DNA of 64,000 nt from positions 224,001 through 288,000 of the forward strand of contig JBBRSP010000003.1 in NCBI GenBank assembly GCA_038245295.1, read 5' to 3'. The notes under the pieces are model-generated. The model saw only the letters and a list, made by a program, of their open reading frames with translations, ran no database searches and had not been told where the DNA came from. The position numbers and the translations under genes were made by a program. Positions 58,315-64,000 of this stretch are shown here, piece by piece; within the stretch, counting starts at the first letter, position 1; each line of letters starts with the position of its first letter. This stretch comes from Candidatus Binatia bacterium. Lineage in GTDB: Bacteria > Desulfobacterota > Binatia > HRBIN30.

Positions 58315-58923
58315 TCACGCCTTGGCGCTAGTCCGACTCGACACCTCGGCATACCAACGCGCCAGATTCTTCTGTTCGGGGGTGAAGCGAATCTTGCTGA
58401 CGCGTCCAAAGTCGATGCCGCACAAAGCCGTGATGTCGGCGATGGTGTAACGTTCGCCGGCGATGTAGCGACGCTGCGCCAGCAGCTCGTCAAGCCACAG
58501 GAGGCTGCGCTCGGCATGTTTGCGACAGATCTCGCCGTACTCGGGAACCTGCGGAAGACGGCCGGCAAAGAACGGGTGCGTGTTGCGGAATACCTGACTG
58601 ATCGGAATCAGCACCTCAAATTCCATGTGGCGCTGCCACATCTCGACCACGGCGCGGTCCGTCGGGTTGATACCCATCAATGCCGGCTCAGGATGCCACT
58701 CTTCGAAGTAGCGACAAATGGCGACGCTCTGCGAGATATGGGAGCCGTCGTCGAGTTCGAGGACCGGCAAGACGCCGAGCGGATTCTTCTCCAGAAAGTC
58801 AGCGGAGCGGTTCTCGGCTTTGCTGATATCGACTTGCACGATCGGCACGGCGATGCCTTTTTCGGCAAGGAAGATGCGGACGCGCCGCGGGTTGGGGGCG
58901 GTAGTACTGTCGTATAGCTTCAT
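58315..58923 (-). CDS. Glutathione S-transferase family protein
   Basis: APNPRRVRIFLAEK, NPLG.LPVL, SVAICRY, TIADIT. Confidence 0.92.
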   Translation of the reverse strand: MKLYDSTTAPNPRRVRIFLAEKGIAVPIVQVDISKAENRSADFLEKNPLGVLPVLELDDGSHISQSVAICRYFEEWHPEPALMGINPTDRAVVEMWQRHMEFEVLIPISQVFRNTHPFFAGRLPQVPEYGEICRKHAERSLLWLDELLAQRRYIAGERYTIADITALCGIDFGRVSKIRFTPEQKNLARWYAEVSSRTSAKA

Positions 58924-58971
58924 CGGTATCTCCTGTTCCCTGAGAACTGTGCTGAGCGATCTTGTCGTCGT

Positions 58972-59742
58972 TCAGTGTTCGTTGAAGTTGCCGTGGCGGC
59001 CGGCGCCGGCCGCGAAGCGGGCGGCACCGCGCTGCGTTTCGCCACTCAGGATCGTCTTGAGGCCGTGTTGGAACTCGTTGGCGATGGCCGCCTCGAGCGG
59101 TACACCCGCTTGCTCGTAGACCGATAGACGGTCGGATCGCATACAAAGCTGCGGGAAGGCGGCGATCTGGCGCGCCAGCTCTTCGGCGGCCTCACGACTC
59201 GTGCCATCGTCGACGATACGATCCGCGAGGCCGATACGCAGTGCCTCCTCGGCGTCAACGGCTCGTCCCGTGAGAATCATATCCAGAGCACGGCCGAGGC
59301 CGATGATCCGCGGTAAGCGAACGGTTCCGCCGTCGATCAAAGGGACACCCCAGCGCCGACAGAAGACGCCGAACTGCGCGCTACGCTCGACGACGCGCAG
59401 GTCACACCACAAGGCTAGCTCCAGCCCACCGGCCACGGCATAGCCGGCGACGGCCGCGACGACCGGTTTCGAGAGCAACATGCGGCTGGGACCCATGGGG
59501 CCGTCCCCTTCGGCTACCGTGCGGTTGCCTTTCCCCGACGATACTCCTTTCAAATCGGCGCCGGCGCAGAAGCTGCCACCCTCGCCATGGAGCACGGCAA
59601 CCAGTGCGGACTCGTCTGCCTCGAAGTCGCGAAACGCGTTGGCGAGGAGATCGGCCGTAGGTTGATCGACAGCGTTGCGTCGCTCCGGACGATGCAGGAG
59701 GACGGTGAACACCGGGCCGCTTCGTTCGATACGCACAGACAT
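58972..59742 (-). CDS. Crotonase/enoyl-CoA hydratase family protein
   Basis: FCAGADL, KPVVAAVAGYAVAGGLELA, FCRRWGVPLIDGG. Confidence 0.92.
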   Translation of the reverse strand: MSVRIERSGPVFTVLLHRPERRNAVDQPTADLLANAFRDFEADESALVAVLHGEGGSFCAGADLKGVSSGKGNRTVAEGDGPMGPSRMLLSKPVVAAVAGYAVAGGLELALWCDLRVVERSAQFGVFCRRWGVPLIDGGTVRLPRIIGLGRALDMILTGRAVDAEEALRIGLADRIVDDGTSREAAEELARQIAAFPQLCMRSDRLSVYEQAGVPLEAAIANEFQHGLKTILSGETQRGAARFAAGAGRHGNFNEH

Positions 59743-59908
59743 AGAGGGAGTGGTTACTCCCGGACCGCGGTTCTGTCCATCCGGATTCAGGAGCGGCCTG
59801 GCGCCAAACCGTCGGGCGCCGGCGTCGGAGCACGGCACCCTTCGTTCTCGCTGATGTTGCTTAGAGGCGGGGTAGGATTTCCCGCAAAAAACTGTATAGG
59901 CCTGCGTC

Positions 59909-60155
59909 GTGCGATTAACTCCGGCGGAACGCGACAGTTACCAACGCGACGGCTACGTCGTGCGCCGCGAGGGAGGTTGTCGTGGAGGTTCCTGCCGGCT
60001 CGGTTGTCTTCTTTGGCGCGTTGCTGCTGCATCGCTCGTCGCCGAATGCTTCGGCCCGCCAGCGACGCGCGGTTCTGTTGTCGTTTCAGCCGGCCGGAAG
60101 GCCGCCGCAGAGGGAGTTGGTGTGGCGTCCAGAACTTGTCGAACAGTTACCCTGA
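59909..60155 (+). pseudogene. Internally deleted phytanoyl-CoA dioxygenase (PhyH) family gene
   Basis: N-end MRLTPAERDSYQRDGYVVRRE joined out of frame to the C-end EVPAGSVVFFGALLLHRSSPNAS..RRAVLLSFQ*. Confidence 0.75.
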
Positions 60156-60496
60156 GCCTCCTGCTCCTTGCGTCTGCCTGCTCCCAGGATCAGCGCACCG
60201 CACCGCAAGTGGTGGCAAGACCGGCGCTATCTTGTCGGCAAACTGCGGCGACCGCGTTACCGCAACCCGACGGCACTACACTTTTCTTCGTGCGGTGCAC
60301 GATTGTCGGTGCAGGGGGCGACGATGACGCGGCGGTGCGCCGCGCTGCCTCGGAGTTGTTCAACCAGGTGCGTCCCGACGCTGAAGCCAAAGGGTACGGG
60401 GATGTCGTGGTGAGTGCCGGTCGTGGTGATCAGGGGGCTCTCAACGTCGCCTTCAAGCGAGCCGCCAATGGTGGCTGGATGATGGTCGCGCAGTAG
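60122..60496 (+). CDS. Hypothetical lipoprotein
   Basis: AGGGAG RBS, GTG start, LLLLASAC lipobox. Confidence 0.6.
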   Translation: MASRTCRTVTLSLLLLASACSQDQRTAPQVVARPALSCRQTAATALPQPDGTTLFFVRCTIVGAGGDDDAAVRRAASELFNQVRPDAEAKGYGDVVVSAGRGDQGALNVAFKRAANGGWMMVAQ

Positions 60497-60505
60497 GGCG
60501 AACCT

Positions 60506-60952
60506 CTATCGTCCGCCGAGCGGTAGCTTCAGGTGCCGACTGAGGTCGCCGAGCAAGTCGGTGAAGATAAACCGCTCACGCAAACGCCAGCCGCTGCCGG
60601 GATTGTCGAACTTATCCTCGTAACGACCGGCGATAATCACTTGGAGAGGCAGGTCGGGCCTCGCCTGCAGCACTGTGAAGTAAGACTGTGCGCGAGCGGT
60701 GCCGGCTACGGTGTCGATGTCGATCATGAGGTTGGTGGTGACGTGTTTCGTACAAGGGACACCGTCATAGGTGCGCACGGTGGTGCGCCAAATATTGAGG
60801 ACCGCGTCGCGACCCTGATGCACGACGGGGCTGACATTGCTGCGCATGGTGGCGTGCTCGAACAACGCGGCCGCGCCTTCGAAGTCGCCGAGGTCGAGGC
60901 GTTGCGCGTACGTGAAGACGATGCGTTCGATGGCTTGGCGGTCTGGATCCAT
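60506..60952 (-). CDS. SnoaL-like / NTF2-fold protein
   Basis: AIERIVFTYAQRLD.GD, TKHVTTNL, SYFTV.Q, GRYED.F. Confidence 0.85.
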   Translation of the reverse strand: MDPDRQAIERIVFTYAQRLDLGDFEGAAALFEHATMRSNVSPVVHQGRDAVLNIWRTTVRTYDGVPCTKHVTTNLMIDIDTVAGTARAQSYFTVLQARPDLPLQVIIAGRYEDKFDNPGSGWRLRERFIFTDLLGDLSRHLKLPLGGR

Positions 60953-60978
60953 GGGAGCTTGTGATGGGAGACGACCGT

Positions 60979-61398
60979 CTAACGTCCGCGAGTTGCCGTC
61001 CATTTCTTGGCCTCGAGGTCGAGCGACAGCGAGTTGATGCAGTAGCGCGTCCCCGTCGGCTGCGGCCCGTCGGGGAAAGCGTGTCCAAGATGGGCATCAC
61101 AGCGGCCGCACATGACTTCGACGCGGCGCATTCCATGGCTGAGATCGGTTTCCTCGCGGATCGAGTCAGGACTTACGGGCTGATAGAAGCTCGGCCAGCC
61201 GCTGCCGGATTCGTATTTTGTCTCCGAGCTGAACAACGGGTTGCCGCAGGCGACGCAGCAATACATACCGGTCTCGGTGCAGTGGTAATACTTGCCGGTA
61301 AAGGGCCGCTCCGTTGCCTTCTGGCGGCACACGGCGAATTGTTCGTCACTGAGCTCTTGACGCCACTCGTCGTCGGATTTGATCACTTTGTCTGCCAT
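60979..61398 (-). CDS. msrB: Peptide-methionine (R)-S-oxide reductase
   Basis: [36 protein letters not shown]. Confidence 0.96.
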   Translation of the reverse strand: MADKVIKSDDEWRQELSDEQFAVCRQKATERPFTGKYYHCTETGMYCCVACGNPLFSSETKYESGSGWPSFYQPVSPDSIREETDLSHGMRRVEVMCGRCDAHLGHAFPDGPQPTGTRYCINSLSLDLEAKKWTATRGR

Positions 61399-61527
61399 TC
61401 GGGTTCCTCTCGTCGACACCTTCTATTTGAAGGCATCCGCGCCGCGGATCAAGAGTCTCCTCCGCCTTTGCCTGCTCGCCGCGTTCGCCTTGCCTGTAGA
61501 GCGGTAGGCCGTGTGCCAGCCGCGACG

Positions 61528-63336
61528 TTACTCCTGACAGGAAGCCCGGGTCGGCGATACGCTGCACGCCACGTTGCGGCTCAGCCCGCATTGGCCGTTA
61601 GCGCTCGCGCTAGCCGTGTTACCCAAGGCAAGCGTGGCGCGCAGAGGCCCGATCGGACTCGCCATGGTGGTGTCACCGGTGGTGATCGCGACCTTCACTT
61701 CGCGCGACGAAACCGAATGGTAGGCGATCCGACGCAGCCCACGTGCAGAACCGGGTGTGCAGGCCGGCGCATCGAGCGCCCCAGAGCCGTTCTTGTAGGT
61801 CGTTGCCTTGGTCTTCTCGTTCCATCCATCGCGTGTCGGATTGCAGGCGGAGGTTGTCGAAGGCGGAACAGCTACTGTTGCCGTCGTGAGCGCGAACAGG
61901 GCGGCACTGCCGGCGCCGAGGTCTTCCAGCAGGATCTGGGCGCCGTCGGCAAGGCTGGCGACCGGCACACCATCGGGGAAGAACAGCCGTCCGGATAGAT
62001 TGAGACGCTGCTTGCCGTTGGCCTTGTTGAGGCCGTTGACGCGGACGCGCAAGTCGTTGATGTAGCCGCCGTTCGTGCAGGCCGGCGTTCCCGTGGGCAG
62101 GCAGCCGCCGGCAACAGCCTCCGGCGTCCACCAGTTTCCAGACATCACCACCATGGCCAGCAGTTTCAGCGTGTTCTCGTAGTAGCCGGCCTCGGTGATC
62201 GGCGTGTTGTTGATGCGATCCCACAGGGAATCGAGCCAGGGCTGGTTGCCGGCGTCGACCATGGCGCCGACCCCGAGCGGCGCGACGAAAGCCATCGACA
62301 AATAGTCGGAGCCGGGAAGTGGCGTGCCGTCGAGTTGGTAGCCACTCTGAATCAGGTTGGGACTGTTGCTCGTGGCGCTGCGAACCCAGGTGTTGATCTT
62401 CTGTACCGCCGCGTGCGCGCGACTGTCGCCGGACATCAAGAAGTCGGTCGCGAGACGCCATGGATCGCGGCACGCGTTGTAGTTGTAGGCTCCGTCGAAG
62501 GGGCTTTCGAGAAAGTTTGCCGGGGCGGGGGTTGGGCTGATCAGCGGATCGCGGACGAAGTCCGGTAGCAGTCCCGTGGTCGGACTGGCGTTCGATTGCA
62601 GGTTGCTGACCAGGTTGAACGTCGCATTGCGCAGGGCCAGCCAACTGGGATCGGCCGCGGCGTCGGCAAAGGCGCGGTAGTGGTCGGGCATGAAATCGGA
62701 GGAGCGTGTCGAGGGATAGTAGGTGTTGTCGGAACCACTCACCCAGTTTCCGAGGAGGACGTATTGGCCACTCGTGTCGAGCGTCGCGGTCTTGATGTCA
62801 GAGAGCACCGCCAAGGCGGCGCCGCGGTAGTCGATGGCGCCGCAGCTGCCCCATTGTTTGTCGGCGACGAGCAGGGCGAAGGCGATGTCCAGGTCGCCAT
62901 CGGAGGCGCTGTCGTTGGCATTGGCGGCGTTGCGGCACGATGTCGTTTGGTTCCAGGCCATCAGGTTCGGGTTTGCCTCGGTCGGATGGTCGCGGAAGTA
63001 CGCGTACATCCCGTCGAAGATCTGGCGCGCCTCCGGATCGTGGCCCGCCATCAGCGCGGCGAGGATCATACCGTACCCGTGACCTTCCGAAACGGTGAGA
63101 TTGCGCGACGAGGTATGTGTCGCAACGACGTAGCGGCCGCTGCCGCAGCGTTGCAGCAGAAACCTCTGCTTCCAATCGTCGTAGAAGTCGGCGGTGGTCT
63201 GATCGAGATTGGCGCGGTTCGGAAAGATGGCGCCAGCGGTGTAAGGAACGCGATGTGAGCCGAACGGATGATTCTGCGCCGCCGCCGAGGTAACGACGAT
63301 AAGGCTTGTAGCAAACAGGGCTAAGGCGAATCGCAT
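61528..63336 (-). CDS. Secreted glycoside hydrolase family 8 with extra C-terminal domain
   Basis: TVSEGHGYGM, SASDGDLDIAFALL.A..QWG, RSSDFMP, YNACRDPWR, YYENTL. Confidence 0.9.
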   Translation of the reverse strand: MRFALALFATSLIVVTSAAAQNHPFGSHRVPYTAGAIFPNRANLDQTTADFYDDWKQRFLLQRCGSGRYVVATHTSSRNLTVSEGHGYGMILAALMAGHDPEARQIFDGMYAYFRDHPTEANPNLMAWNQTTSCRNAANANDSASDGDLDIAFALLVADKQWGSCGAIDYRGAALAVLSDIKTATLDTSGQYVLLGNWVSGSDNTYYPSTRSSDFMPDHYRAFADAAADPSWLALRNATFNLVSNLQSNASPTTGLLPDFVRDPLISPTPAPANFLESPFDGAYNYNACRDPWRLATDFLMSGDSRAHAAVQKINTWVRSATSNSPNLIQSGYQLDGTPLPGSDYLSMAFVAPLGVGAMVDAGNQPWLDSLWDRINNTPITEAGYYENTLKLLAMVVMSGNWWTPEAVAGGCLPTGTPACTNGGYINDLRVRVNGLNKANGKQRLNLSGRLFFPDGVPVASLADGAQILLEDLGAGSAALFALTTATVAVPPSTTSACNPTRDGWNEKTKATTYKNGSGALDAPACTPGSARGLRRIAYHSVSSREVKVAITTGDTTMASPIGPLRATLALGNTASASANGQCGLSRNVACSVSPTRASCQE

Positions 63337-63447
63337 CGACGCAGTCCTCTCTTACGTTGCGTTTGCTGAGTATGCCGCCTCGTCGCCTTCAGCAAGCCGC
63401 TTTTTCGGCTGTGCTCCGGCGGATAGGGGCACGGGCTACGGAGTGGG

Positions 63448-64000
63448 TTAGGCTTCGACGTGTTCTTCGGCGGCGCGCGCGGTGATGGCGAAGAGTAGGG
63501 CAACGATCCCGAAGGTGATCAGGGCCCCGCGCATGGATTGATCGAGCAGCCAGCCGGCGATGGGATTGACCACGGCGACTGCGAGAGTGCGTACCATCGA
63601 GATCGTCGAGAGAATGGTTGCGCGTTGCGCGGCTGGAATGTGTTGATTCATCGCTGCCAAGAACAGCGGCGGGCGAGACATACCGAACGCGGCGGACAGG
63701 ACGATGGCGGCGATGAGAAAAGGGGCGCGATCGGTGGCCGCCATGGCGAGGTAACAGACTCCCGGCACTACGGCGCTGAGGAACAAATAGCGGGCGCGGG
63801 AGCCGATGAGATGTTCGACACGCTCAATGTTGGTGAGCAGGAGAATCTGGCCGAGGCACATGGCGGCATGCACGAGGCCGAACCAGCGGATCCCGATGCC
63901 GCCGCGTTCGAGTTGCGGTTGATAGAGCCAGATGATGAGCCAGGCGAGCGCTGAGGCGCCGACCATATCGGCAGTGAGGGCGCGTAGTGTCGGATGATGG
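63448..64000 (-). CDS. MFS transporter (5'-truncated by the window edge)
   Basis: TM segments; MNQHIPAAQRATILSTISM. Confidence 0.8.
   Translation of the reverse strand, partial: HHPTLRALTADMVGASALAWLIIWLYQPQLERGGIGIRWFGLVHAAMCLGQILLLTNIERVEHLIGSRARYLFLSAVVPGVCYLAMAATDRAPFLIAAIVLSAAFGMSRPPLFLAAMNQHIPAAQRATILSTISMVRTLAVAVVNPIAGWLLDQSMRGALITFGIVALLFAITARAAEEHVEA

Noticed and set aside
59909..60496. 195-aa single protein in the ORF track
   Set aside because: Better explained as a PhyH relic plus a separate lipoprotein starting at 60122

Overview
GC-rich (roughly 65% by eye) bacterial chromosomal window with about 55 genes. It most resembles Candidatus Binatia/Binatota; this is an inference from the many secreted Thr/Pro-linker proteins carrying Cys-rich and 'C.GDC..DG.VTI.E' dockerin-like modules. 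Housekeeping and metabolic genes include gluQ, PBP1A, ptsP, mltG, aat, an Fpg/Nei glycosylase, msrB, a GST, an enoyl-CoA hydratase, an HpnI-like glycosyltransferase, an ABC1 kinase, an HDAC and ExbB/ExbD. The most notable region is a co-directional locus at about 22.5-39 kb. It holds a DsbA-like lipoprotein, four large disulfide-rich secreted proteins built from shuffled shared modules (one a lipoprotein, one with signs of strong expression), two small paralogous exported proteins bracketing them, FG-GAP and PKD proteins, and a membrane/spermidine-synthase-like/TPR fusion. This is a candidate undescribed surface-layer or fibre system. Other observations: a NIDO/Ig/dockerin-like adhesin gene split by a single in-frame TAG; a sigma54 promoter + 49-aa ORF + hairpin unit; two more small ORFs missing from the ORF track; a clan-CD protease-PDZ-thioredoxin fusion; an internally deleted PhyH pseudogene; two dockerin-like relics; and several families of palindromic intergenic elements. 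No rRNA, tRNA, CRISPR array or transposase was recognised.
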